Shown: piece by piece, positions 1 to 8,393 of the stretch
Layout: each line of letters starts with the position of its first letter
How positions within the stretch are numbered: the first letter of the stretch is position 1
Source of the DNA: Gemmata obscuriglobus
GTDB taxonomy: Bacteria > Planctomycetota > Planctomycetia > Gemmatales > Gemmataceae
Length of the DNA: 32,000 bases
Reading direction: 5' to 3'
Assembly (NCBI RefSeq): GCF_008065095.1
Contig: NZ_CP042911.1
Location: 1,980,001-2,012,000 of the forward strand
Program-made: the position numbers and the translations under genes
The notes under the pieces: model-generated
Told to the model about the DNA's origin: nothing
Database searches by the model: none
The model's input: the letters and a program-made list of their open reading frames with translations, nothing else

Positions 1-35
1 GCGAACTGTCGTAGCGGCGCGGGGCACGTCGGCAG

Positions 36-587
36 TCAGTCGTTCGGCCGCCGGCCCGCGGGCAGTTTCATTTCCCCGAGTTCGTTGAGCTTCTTGAGTT
101 CGGCGCGGACGCGATCGTTTTCGGCGACCTTCCCGGTTGTGGGAATCGCGGCCTTCAGATCGCGCACGTCCTGTACAAGTGCGGCGTGGGTCTCAAGCAA
201 CTTCCGCTCGCTCGGCGACCCCGGGGTGACGAGCCGGTTCCCGTCCGCGAGCGTCGGGAGTAGCGCGTCGCGAACCACGTTGTGGAACAGGCCGGTGAGT
301 TCGGCCACCCGTTCGGCCTCTTGCCTGTCGGCGGCGTGCTGTGCGGCGCTCGCGAGCACCCTGGCGGCTTTGTGGCACTGTTGCGCCCGGTCTTCGGGCG
401 TGTCCGCGCGGGATAACTGGACCCCGTGGTCCACGAGGTTGTCGATCAGCGTGCCGTTCGCTTTGAGGAGCCGGAGCTGGTCGGCGGGGCTCAGCGGCGC
501 CGGAGCGGCCCCCGGGCCTTGCGCGCCGGCCCACGCCGCGAGAGCGACGAACACGGCGGTGATGTACGCCCAGCGGGCCATCGTCAT
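36..587 (-). CDS. secreted hypothetical protein, translationally coupled to the anti-sigma gene
   Basis: 183-aa ORF with a signal-like N-terminus, MARWAYITAVFVALAAWAGAQG. Its ATG (585-587) overlaps the TGA (584-586) of the upstream anti-sigma ORF as ATGA. I recognised no family. Confidence 0.7.
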   Translation of the reverse strand: MTMARWAYITAVFVALAAWAGAQGPGAAPAPLSPADQLRLLKANGTLIDNLVDHGVQLSRADTPEDRAQQCHKAARVLASAAQHAADRQEAERVAELTGLFHNVVRDALLPTLADGNRLVTPGSPSERKLLETHAALVQDVRDLKAAIPTTGKVAENDRVRAELKKLNELGEMKLPAGRRPND

Positions 588-1387
588 CTCCCCTTGGCGA
601 GCGACAGCTCCCGCGCGCCTTCGCGGGCCGTGTCCGCCATCCGCTTGAGTGTCGGTTGCGCGTCCTGCGGGGCCTCGGTTGCCAGCTTGTCCGCCTCGGC
701 CGCGTCCGCCTCCAGGCGGCCTTTCAGGTTGTCGAGCAGGCGCCGCTTCTCGCCGGCGTCCATGTGAAGGGGCAGCTCCTTGACCTGCCGCACCATGCCG
801 TCCTTCACCACTTTATCGTACCACCGGGCGAAGTCTTTCAGCTCCGCGGACGGGGCGATCCGGGCCATGCCGCGGGTCTCCCCGGCGAGGTCCTCGGCCA
901 TCCCGCCGAGCACCTCGAGCCGCTTGGCGGGGCCGTCCGCGCGTGTCAGCGCCACGTCGCGGGCCACCATCTTCCGCAGGAGCGGGTGCTCGTGCGACTC
1001 CACGAACTCGTGCGGTACGGTTCGCGGCCGGGTGCCGTACCACACGAGCCCGACCGTGATCAGCACCGCGGCCGCCAGCCCGCCGATGGAGGACGGGTGC
1101 TCACGCGCGAGCCGCGCCAGCGGGGCCACAACGCTCGGGCGCGGCGCCGGCGCGACCATCGGCCGGATGACCGGGTCGGCGGCCATCAGCTCGCCGATGA
1201 GCGCCTCTTTCCGGTCGCGGGGGGCGGACGGCACGGGCAACCGCTTGAGCATCGACTCGAGCCGCGCGGCGCGCTGCGCCCAACCCTGGCACGCTTCGCA
1301 CGTGCTGACGTGCGCGAGCAGCGACGGCGGCAGGTGCCGCGGGTCTGCCAGGGCGATGATCTGGTTCTGAACGGCCTGACAGTTCAT
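584..1387 (-). CDS. anti-sigma factor (zf-HC2 type), single-pass membrane protein
   Basis: The N-terminus MNCQAVQNQ...LLAHVSTCEACQGW carries the H-x3-C-x2-C zf-HC2 motif. A central hydrophobic helix (IGGLAAAVLITVGLVWY) is present, and the gene sits directly downstream of an ECF sigma gene. The start is placed at ATG 1385-1387; the ORF track start at 1423 adds 12 unlikely residues. Confidence 0.8.
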   Translation of the reverse strand: MNCQAVQNQIIALADPRHLPPSLLAHVSTCEACQGWAQRAARLESMLKRLPVPSAPRDRKEALIGELMAADPVIRPMVAPAPRPSVVAPLARLAREHPSSIGGLAAAVLITVGLVWYGTRPRTVPHEFVESHEHPLLRKMVARDVALTRADGPAKRLEVLGGMAEDLAGETRGMARIAPSAELKDFARWYDKVVKDGMVRQVKELPLHMDAGEKRRLLDNLKGRLEADAAEADKLATEAPQDAQPTLKRMADTAREGARELSLAKGR

Positions 1388-1408
1388 CTCGACACCAAGG
1401 ACAGCACA

Positions 1409-1501
1409 GCCGCAAAAAAGCACACAAGGGCGACGGAATGAATGATGTTAATTAGTAACACTGTTCGTCGCCTGGCGTTCGACTTTTGTGCATTTCGCGG
1501 C
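1409..1501. repeat. imperfect inverted repeat, a possible degenerate copy of the palindromic element family seen at 21831 and 29979
   Basis: The left arm GCCGCAAAAAAGCACACAAGGGCGACG (1409-1435) pairs imperfectly with CGTCGCC...TTTTGTGCATTTCGCGGC (1466-1501). The left arm resembles the 21833-21857 arm GCCGCAAAAACGCACAAGAGGCAC. The right arm shares AAAAGTC and AAGTCGAA with the 29979 palindrome. It starts 9 nt downstream of the sigma-factor stop codon. Confidence 0.35.
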
Positions 1502-1509
1502 CGCTACTT

Positions 1510-2157
1510 TTATTCTTTCGCCTCTTCCGGCACCGCGCCGGGTGGGAGCAACTCGGGGGAGAGTACCTTCATCAGCTTCTGGCGGGCCTTGAACACCCGC
1601 CACCGGGCCGTTTCCTCGGTCGTGTTGAGCACCTTCGCCACCTCGCGGAACGACAGCCCCTCCTCGACCCGGAGCAGCAGGGCGGCCCGGAAATCGGACG
1701 GCAGGTCCGCGACCGCTCGGCTCACCACCTCCAGCGCCTCGCGGTTCTCCGCGGCGCTCTCGGCCGAGTTCCCTTCCGACGCCGGCGCGGGCGTCTCGTC
1801 GGACAGTTGGTGCTTTGTGCGCCGCTCGGACCGCTTCTGGTTCACGAAGTTGTTGTGCCCGATGCGGAACACCCACGCCCGGAAGTTGCTGCCCGGCCGG
1901 AACGATTTCACCGCGGCCAGCGCCCGCAGGAACGTTTCCTGGGTCAGGTCCTCGGCGGTGTGCCGGTCGCGGGTCAGGTGGTACAGCCAGCGGTATAGCC
2001 GGTCCCAGTACGCGTCGATGAGCAACGCAAACGCGGACCGGTCGCCGTTCTGGGCGGCCCGTATCCATTCGGCCTCCGCGGACAGCGGTTCGGAGGGGGA
2101 ACCTGCGAGTGGTTCGCCGTCCGCCCCGGGGAGGGCAGGGTCCGGTTCACGGGTCAC
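1510..2157 (-). CDS. ECF-type RNA polymerase sigma factor (sigma-70 family, group 4)
   Basis: 215-aa ORF with a region 2-like segment (AFALLIDAYWDRLYRWLYHLTRDRHTAEDLTQETFLRAL...FRAWVFRIGHNNFVNQ) and a region 4 HTH (LSFREVAKVLNTTEETARWRVFKARQKL). GTG start at 2155-2157. An anti-sigma gene lies downstream. Confidence 0.9.
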   Translation of the reverse strand: MTREPDPALPGADGEPLAGSPSEPLSAEAEWIRAAQNGDRSAFALLIDAYWDRLYRWLYHLTRDRHTAEDLTQETFLRALAAVKSFRPGSNFRAWVFRIGHNNFVNQKRSERRTKHQLSDETPAPASEGNSAESAAENREALEVVSRAVADLPSDFRAALLLRVEEGLSFREVAKVLNTTEETARWRVFKARQKLMKVLSPELLPPGAVPEEAKE

Positions 2158-2429
2158 GCGTCGTTCGTCCGGCGATCAGGGAGGCAAGGCGATTGGTGCA
2201 TTCGTTTGTTGCCGCGGCCGTGTTTACACATTGGCCAGGCTCGCGAGGGCTGATCCCCCGCGGCCGCGCTCGCACAGCGCACCGGCAACTTCCTCATCCA
2301 CCTTAACCACCCGTGCGGCCGGTTGTCCAGCACCGGCTGAATCTTGCGCCCGTTCCGCCCCGTTCGCAGGGTACAACGGGGCCGGCGGCGGTTCGTTGGC
2401 GGGCGGGGAGAATTTTGGGCCGACAGCCG

Positions 2430-3875
2430 CTACAGGAGGTCCGGTTGTGCCGGCGAATGCGGTGGCTCCGCTCCGGCACCGGGCGCCGCGGCTCCCGACC
2501 GCTCAAGCTCGAACGCGCGGCGCTTCTCCTGGGCGAGCGCGAACCACTCCCGCCCGCGGGGCGAACACAGGGCTACCAAGTTCGCCGCGGCGACGGCCAA
2601 GAACAGCGCGCCGAGCGCCAACAGCAGCGTGGACGGCTCGCGGGACACCGAAACCGCGATCAGCCACAGGGTGAGGCACACGACGCACCAACCGCCGACC
2701 CGCGCCCACCGGCGCCCGGTCGACATTTGCCCGCCGGCGAACAGGTGTACGGCCGCGATGCCCGCGAACTCGGGCAGGTCGTTGCTCGTCGGCTTGCTAA
2801 GCAGCAGGAACGCCGTGCAGATCAGGAAGAACGCGCCGAACGCGAAGTTCGCGTACACCGCGGCGGACACGCCCCGCGGGCGGGCGGCGAACACCTCGAT
2901 CGGGTTGAACCGGTACCGGTACCCTGTCGCGGTCACGCGCGCGCCGGCGAGGTGGCGGTCCAGGTCGGCGAGCAACTCGCCCGCGTCCGCGTACCGCTCG
3001 CCCGGGGATTTGGCGGTGGCGCGGTGGACGACGTTGGCCAGGTCGGGCGGCACGGCCGGGTTGCGCCCCGCGAGCGGCGGGATCGGCTTGTGCAGCACTT
3101 CGCCCAGCAGGGCCTCGACCGTTCGGCCCCGGAACGGGAGCGTGAGGGACAGCAGCTCGTACCCGATCAGGCCGAGCGCGTACACGTCCGACGCCGGCCC
3201 CGCGGGGTTCCCGCCGAGTTGCTCGGGCGCCATGTACATCGGCGTGCCGATGGGGCCGCTGTGCGTGGTGAGCGTGGTGTCGGTGAACGACCGGGCGAGA
3301 CCGAAATCGATCACCACAACCCGCCCGTCCGGTTCGACCATTACGTTTTCCGGCTTCAGGTCGCGGTGCGCCACCCCGACTGAGTGCGCGTAAGCGACCG
3401 CCGCAACCAGGTCGCGCCACACGCGCAGCGCGTCCTTCAGCCGTTCCGGCGCGGCCGGCCCGGGCGGTTGCGGCTCCGCGTGCGGCGGGGCCGCTCCGCG
3501 TGGTTGGCGGTTGAGCCACCCGCGGAGCGTCGTCCCCTGCACCTGGCGCATCGCGATGTAGCACGCCTGCGCGGTCTGGCCGACGTGGTACAGTTCGACG
3601 ATGCCGGGGTGCTTGAGTTTAGAAACGGTTGCGGCCTCGCGCTGGAACCGGCCGAACAGCGTCGGGTCGGAAATGGCGCCGCCGAGCACCTTGACCGCGA
3701 CCCATCGCTCCTCGTCGAGGTCCCAGGCCGCGTACACCGTGCCCATCCCGCCGCGGCCGATGGCGCAGTCGAGGCGGTAGCGGCCGAGTACGGTCCCCGG
3801 CGGGAGGTCCAAAGGGTGGTACACCTCGTCCGGGGCGGACGAGGCAAGAGAGACAGGGGGCGACGTGCCGAACAT
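2430..3875 (-). CDS. Ser/Thr protein kinase with a C-terminal multi-pass membrane domain
   Basis: Hanks kinase motifs are present: GRGGMGTVY, VAVKVL, HRDLKPENVMV, DFGLAR and MAPEQ. About four hydrophobic helices occur in the last 150 aa. ATG at 3873-3875 is preceded by GAGGAC. Confidence 0.92.
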   Translation of the reverse strand: MFGTSPPVSLASSAPDEVYHPLDLPPGTVLGRYRLDCAIGRGGMGTVYAAWDLDEERWVAVKVLGGAISDPTLFGRFQREAATVSKLKHPGIVELYHVGQTAQACYIAMRQVQGTTLRGWLNRQPRGAAPPHAEPQPPGPAAPERLKDALRVWRDLVAAVAYAHSVGVAHRDLKPENVMVEPDGRVVVIDFGLARSFTDTTLTTHSGPIGTPMYMAPEQLGGNPAGPASDVYALGLIGYELLSLTLPFRGRTVEALLGEVLHKPIPPLAGRNPAVPPDLANVVHRATAKSPGERYADAGELLADLDRHLAGARVTATGYRYRFNPIEVFAARPRGVSAAVYANFAFGAFFLICTAFLLLSKPTSNDLPEFAGIAAVHLFAGGQMSTGRRWARVGGWCVVCLTLWLIAVSVSREPSTLLLALGALFLAVAAANLVALCSPRGREWFALAQEKRRAFELERSGAAAPGAGAEPPHSPAQPDLL

Positions 3876-3954
3876 GATGTCCTCGGCGCGGAGGGGCGGA
3901 AATGGGCAACGCGAGCACCGGGCGCAGTCTAGCTCGCGTTCCGCGCCATCACAA

Positions 3955-4860
3955 TCATTTCGCGGGCGGGAGCCACCGGGCGAGCAACTTCGTTTGCGGT
4001 CCGGCGGCCCAGTCCTTCGCCCCGCTGCTGCGGCCGACCGCCGTACCGTCCGGGGCGATCAGCCAGACCGTCGGGAGCGCCTGCACCTCGTACCGGGCGG
4101 CCCCGACCCCGCTCGCCTCGACGAGAGCGGGCGCGCCCGGGGCGAACTTGTCGAGCACCGCCTGCGCGTCGGCCGGGGTGTCGGCGTCCGTGCAAACGTG
4201 CAGCACTTTGAGGCGGCCGGCGTGCTCATGCTCCAGTCGTTGAAGGGCCGGAACCTCTTTGACGCAGTGCGTGCAGTTGGTGCCCCAAAAGTGCAGGAGG
4301 ACGAGTTGCCCCTTCAGGTCGGCCAGCCGCGTCGTGCGGTCACGCGCGTCGAGCAGCGACAGCGGTGGCGGCGCGGCGCCGGTGAGGTCTGTGAACCCGG
4401 CGGCGGCCAGCAACTGTGCGTCCGCGGAAAGCGGCTTTACGGAACCGCCCCCGCCGGCCGCGAGCCGCTCGACGTGCGCAACGACCGCGTCCAGATCGGC
4501 CGGCGGGAGGGAGCGGAATGACGCCATTGCGGTCCCCGGAATGCCGTCGAACGTGACCCTCCGGATCGCTTCGGGTGTGGGCGCGAACCGCCACGGGCGG
4601 GCGGCGAAGTCGCGCGGCGGCGGGCGCAACGCGGCTGAGGCGGTCCCGTCACCGTGCCCGTCCGGGCCGTGACACGACGCGCAGTACATCTGGTACACGA
4701 GCGGCCCGCGGTCCGCGACTGGCGCGGGCGCGGGTTGGGTTTGGTCCGGCGCGGGTGCGGGTCCAACCGCCCGTTTGCGCCAGGTGCCGATTCCCCACCC
4801 GACCGCGCCGGTCGCGACCAGTAGGACCGCGGCGAGCAGCGGGAACGAGAGGCGCTTCAT
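3955..4860 (-). CDS. membrane-anchored cytochrome c / thioredoxin-like (TlpA/ResA-type) fusion protein
   Basis: 301 aa. It has a signal/anchor (MKRLSFPLLAAVLLVATGAV), a heme-binding CxxCH (CASCHG) and a thioredoxin-fold CxxC (HFWGTNCTHCVKEVPAL). Its ATG 4858-4860 overlaps the upstream gene's TGA 4857-4859 as ATGA. The 808-aa track ORF is a run-on, so I trimmed it. Confidence 0.88.
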   Translation of the reverse strand: MKRLSFPLLAAVLLVATGAVGWGIGTWRKRAVGPAPAPDQTQPAPAPVADRGPLVYQMYCASCHGPDGHGDGTASAALRPPPRDFAARPWRFAPTPEAIRRVTFDGIPGTAMASFRSLPPADLDAVVAHVERLAAGGGGSVKPLSADAQLLAAAGFTDLTGAAPPPLSLLDARDRTTRLADLKGQLVLLHFWGTNCTHCVKEVPALQRLEHEHAGRLKVLHVCTDADTPADAQAVLDKFAPGAPALVEASGVGAARYEVQALPTVWLIAPDGTAVGRSSGAKDWAAGPQTKLLARWLPPAK

Positions 4861-6257
4861 TTCACTGCTCCTGCCCCTGCGAGCGGCACGACCGTTACGG
4901 CCTTGCCGCTCTCGTCGAGTTCGTTCCACGCGACCACGATTTCTCCGGTCGGGGTGCCGGTGATTGCGGGGCGCGTCTGAAACGCGCCGGTCTTCGGCGC
5001 AACGGCCCGCGCCGCGCCAAACTGTGCGGCCCCCGGCGGCATCGCGCGGTGCATGATCGCGCGCCCGCCTCCGGCCCCCACCGTCGGCGCGACGGGCTCG
5101 TGTTGGTGTTTGGGTGCGGGAGCCGGTTCCGCACCGCTGCTCTCCTCCCACACGGCGTGGAGCGTGCCCGTGGCGTCCGCGAACAACTTGGCATTGCCCT
5201 GCGTGCCGCCCGCGCCCGCGTTCAACTCTTGTGCGGTGAATTTCAGATCCGAGCGCCGAGCGGAAGCGTGGTAGCACCGCTGCGAGCCGGTGCGCGCGTC
5301 CATCCAGGCCACGTGTAGCGTGTCCCCGACGAGCGCAAGCGACGGGCCGTCGTGCGGGCACCCGTTGAACGCCCACGTCGGCGGCACCACCGGAACCACG
5401 TCGAAGGAATTCGCACCGGGGCGCTTGACGCCCAGCGCGATGTCGCGGTAGCCGTTCGCGACGTTGCGGAACGCGACGTAGGCCGTGCCGTCCGGTGCGA
5501 CCAGGCTCGCGGTCGGGCAGCACGGGCACACCCCTTTGTCGTCGTCCCCGGTGTGGACGACCGCTTCGGGCTCGAACGCGGCCGCGCCGGCGGGGCGCAC
5601 CGCCGCGAAACACTGCTGGGCCTTGTTCCGGTTGTCCAGCCAGGACGCGAGCAGCGCCCCGTCCGGGCCGGCGGTGAGCGCGGTGAAGGTGGGCCGTGCC
5701 CCGGCCCCGCGATGCACCTGAGCCGGTGCCCCGAAGGTGTCGCCCCGGTCCCGCGACTCGACCGCTGCCATGCGCACGCCGTTCCCGCCGGGCACCGTTT
5801 CGGTCCACGCGAGGTGCAGCGCCGGCCCCGCGGCGACGAGGTGCGGCACCATGCGCAGCTCGCGGGTGACGGTCTTGCCTTTCATTTGCGAGACCGCTTT
5901 GAACACGCCCGACCGCGCGACCGATCGCGCGGGGGCGAAGTGCCGGGCGCCGTCGTCGGAGCGGGTGAGGTAGAGGGTGCGCTCGTCGTCGCCGGTGCGG
6001 GACGCCCACGCGAGGTACACCCGGCCGCCCGCGTCGGTGGCGAGCGTCGGGGCTTCGAGCGTGTCCTTCGCGTCGGCCGCGCTGAGCGCGAAGCGGCACG
6101 GGGCGGTGGGCGGTGCCGCTTCCCCGGCCGTCGGTGGCGGCGGTTCGGGCGGCCCGCCCGCGAGGTACAACCCGCCCCCGAGGCCGCCGGCCGCGAGGAC
6201 GAACAGAACGGCGTACTTTGCCCAGCCGGGGCGGGCGTCCGGTGCTGTCGCGATCAT
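4857..6257 (-). CDS. BNR/Asp-box repeat (sialidase-like beta-propeller) protein with an N-terminal anchor
   Basis: 466 aa from ATG 6255-6257. It has an N-terminal hydrophobic helix (WAKYAVLFVLAAGGLGGGLYLAG), Asp-box-like motifs (TRSDDGARHF, SRDRGDTF) and Cys motifs (GVCPCCPTA, FNGCPHDGP). The upstream part of the 581-aa track ORF overlaps the DUF1559 gene, so it was rejected. Confidence 0.8.
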   Translation of the reverse strand: MIATAPDARPGWAKYAVLFVLAAGGLGGGLYLAGGPPEPPPPTAGEAAPPTAPCRFALSAADAKDTLEAPTLATDAGGRVYLAWASRTGDDERTLYLTRSDDGARHFAPARSVARSGVFKAVSQMKGKTVTRELRMVPHLVAAGPALHLAWTETVPGGNGVRMAAVESRDRGDTFGAPAQVHRGAGARPTFTALTAGPDGALLASWLDNRNKAQQCFAAVRPAGAAAFEPEAVVHTGDDDKGVCPCCPTASLVAPDGTAYVAFRNVANGYRDIALGVKRPGANSFDVVPVVPPTWAFNGCPHDGPSLALVGDTLHVAWMDARTGSQRCYHASARRSDLKFTAQELNAGAGGTQGNAKLFADATGTLHAVWEESSGAEPAPAPKHQHEPVAPTVGAGGGRAIMHRAMPPGAAQFGAARAVAPKTGAFQTRPAITGTPTGEIVVAWNELDESGKAVTVVPLAGAGAVK

Positions 6258-6322
6258 CGGCTGAATCCTTTGTGTTGAACGGTGGAGATGCCGGGCGGTC
6301 GTAACGACCGCCCGACGGGCGG

Positions 6323-7288
6323 TCAGAACTCGCCGAGCACCTCGCCGCTGGCGCGGGTCGAGGCCGCGCGCCACGCGGCAAGGTCGACGGCGTCGCGGAC
6401 GAACCGAACGCTGCCGTCGCACAGCAGCACGTTCACCCCGCCGGTGTGCGCGCTCGCGGCCTTGTAGAACCCGGCCCCGCTCCGGGCGCAGTCGATGGCC
6501 CGCTGGTTCGGCCGGTGCGTGGTGGTGAAGCAGACGTTGAACTCGCGCCCCCACAGCCAACTGCTCCCGCGGTTCCCGGCCCACCGGGTGGCGGTGGCGC
6601 ACGTGGCCTCGTCGAGCAGCGCGCCCTGGCCGCCGAAGCTGGCGTACTGGCGGAGCGGCTCTATCGGGGCCGAGGCGGGCTCGGTCTGGATGTTGTTCCC
6701 GCGCAGCGCCTCCGCCATCAGCAGGGTGTTCGACGTGCCGTCCGTGACGTCGGTGATGCGGAGCTTGGACGTGTACCAGACGATGCCGTCGTTCGCGTTA
6801 GCCAGCGATTGCACGGTCACGCCGGTGCCCATGTTCACCATGTAGTTGTTCGGCGTCCAGTCCGCCAAGTTGTTCTGGTACAGGACCGGCCCCGCGTCGG
6901 ACGGGCAGAGGAACAGCCCGACCGGCGATTTCGCGGGCGTGGCGTGAACGGGGTTGAGGGTTTGCGACCCGCCGCTCCCGAGTGTGATGGCCTGCGTGAA
7001 ATCGACCAGCTTGCGGAGGTTGTCCTGCTCGACGTGCGGCAGCAACTGGGCCTGGAACGAGAACGCCCACTGGCTGGCGTTCTGCGTCGCCCCGGCCGGG
7101 AACTGGCCCATCGCTCCTTCGTAGTTGTGCGCGGCCAGCCCGAGCTGTTTGAGGTTGTTCTGGCACTTCATCCGTGCGGCGGCCTCGCGGACCTTTTGCA
7201 CCGCGGGCAGCAAGAGGCCGATCAGGATCGCGATGATCGCGATCACTACGAGCAACTCAATGAGGGTAAATCCGGAACGCTTGTTCAC
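6323..7288 (-). CDS. DUF1559 family protein with a prepilin-type N-terminal cleavage/methylation motif
   Basis: N-terminus [57 protein letters not shown]-terminal motif [17 protein letters not shown]...[11 protein letters not shown] start at 7286-7288 with an AGGAGA Shine-Dalgarno 8 nt upstream. Confidence 0.9.
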   Translation of the reverse strand: MNKRSGFTLIELLVVIAIIAILIGLLLPAVQKVREAAARMKCQNNLKQLGLAAHNYEGAMGQFPAGATQNASQWAFSFQAQLLPHVEQDNLRKLVDFTQAITLGSGGSQTLNPVHATPAKSPVGLFLCPSDAGPVLYQNNLADWTPNNYMVNMGTGVTVQSLANANDGIVWYTSKLRITDVTDGTSNTLLMAEALRGNNIQTEPASAPIEPLRQYASFGGQGALLDEATCATATRWAGNRGSSWLWGREFNVCFTTTHRPNQRAIDCARSGAGFYKAASAHTGGVNVLLCDGSVRFVRDAVDLAAWRAASTRASGEVLGEF

Positions 7289-7401
7289 GGTGAGAATCTC
7301 CTGATGTACGTGCGGGACGTGCCGGTACGAGCCGACACGGACGTTCGGTCGGTGCGCGCGGTCCCGGGGCGAGCGGGTCGCGAACGAAAGCAACGGAAAC
7401 G

Positions 7402-8007
7402 TCAGGAGATTCGCGGGGGCCGGGTCGGCGGGCGGAACGAGACGGGGGTGATGTGGACGGCCGGTTCACGGACGGAATCGGCCAGGGCAAACGCCCCGCG
7501 CGGTGCCACGGGCCGCGCGGGAACCGAGATCAGTTCGAGCTTGAGCAGCCCGCCGGGGCCTTCGCCGCGGCACTTCTGCGCGAACATCCCCGCGACCCAC
7601 CGGACGACCGGCTTGCTCGCCTGGGGTTCGTGCTCGCCGTCCGCGTGCGGGGCGCTCTCGCAGCAGGATTTTGTGTTCTTCGTGCAGCAGGTCTGTTTGC
7701 TCGTGCGGGCGAGCTGCCGCGCCGCGACCGTGGGGCGGACGTGTTCCGGCGGCGTGATCCCGCGCTCTTCGGCCCAGGCCAGCTTCTGTTCGAGCGTGAA
7801 GCAGCAACAGTCGCCGGCCCAGCCCTGCTCGCTGGTCTGGCAGCCGCACGGGTGGCTCTGGCACGGAAACGGGATCGCCCCTGGCCCGCCCTTCGCAGGG
7901 CGAACGAGGACCGGCGCCCCGGTGGCCGCGATCACCTGTGCCAACAGTGCCGCAACCGCCACCATGTGACGGAGGGCGTTGGTCAGTCGTGGTCGGGAGA
8001 GCCGCAT
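7402..8007 (-). CDS. Cys-rich secreted hypothetical protein
   Basis: 201 aa from ATG 8005-8007, with a signal-like start ([31 protein letters not shown]). Eleven Cys fall within about 100 aa, in clusters: [19 protein letters not shown]. It is the first gene of the minus-strand gene string. The start could be further upstream, up to 8097. Confidence 0.65.
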   Translation of the reverse strand: MRLSRPRLTNALRHMVAVAALLAQVIAATGAPVLVRPAKGGPGAIPFPCQSHPCGCQTSEQGWAGDCCCFTLEQKLAWAEERGITPPEHVRPTVAARQLARTSKQTCCTKNTKSCCESAPHADGEHEPQASKPVVRWVAGMFAQKCRGEGPGGLLKLELISVPARPVAPRGAFALADSVREPAVHITPVSFRPPTRPPRIS

Positions 8008-8393
8008 TCGGGCATTCAGGGTGGGAAGGTACAGGCATTTTACGGCCGCCGCCCCACAACGCCAGCACCGACCCCGCAGAAGCCGCGGAGGGTGCAAAAG
8101 GGCACGTGTGATCGCGGAACTCGTGTGTTTTCACCGCAACAGTTGAGTTCGGAACATGCTGACCCGAGACCGTGGCGACGAGTCGTATTAACAGCGACGA
8201 CAACTACGGCTACATTTGATGCGCTGGGACGTGTCAGAACGGCGCGAAGGTGGGATGTGAGATGACCGTTTACTTCTGTTCTTCCACCGTTCCCAGTCCC
8301 CACCCCCCAACTTCCCGTCCCGGCCCCACTGACAAATCCCTGAGTGACTAAAAACAGCGTTCGTTGTACCCCCCGCTCTACAGGTCTGCACCG

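Noticed and set aside
1442-2674. 410-aa plus-strand ORF across the sigma-factor region, and 12182-13447 (minus strand, 421 aa) across the DUF4185-like gene
   Set aside because: Both are antisense shadows of clearly recognisable genes, with Ser/Arg/Ala-rich low-complexity translations.
3955-6381. 808-aa run-on ORF, and similarly 20837-23335 (832 aa) and 4857-6602 (581 aa)
   Set aside because: Only the C-terminal parts are protein-like. The N-terminal extensions are Arg/Gly-rich and overlap better genes in other frames. Internal ATGs with Shine-Dalgarno sequences and signal peptides give sensible proteins, so the ORFs were trimmed.
8110-8180. Two GGAAC motifs as candidate ECF-sigma promoters in the divergent region upstream of 8394
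   Set aside because: The spacing to any CGT-type -10 element is off: 15 nt for GGAAC-atgctgacccgagac-CGT. The motifs are short, so they could easily occur by chance.
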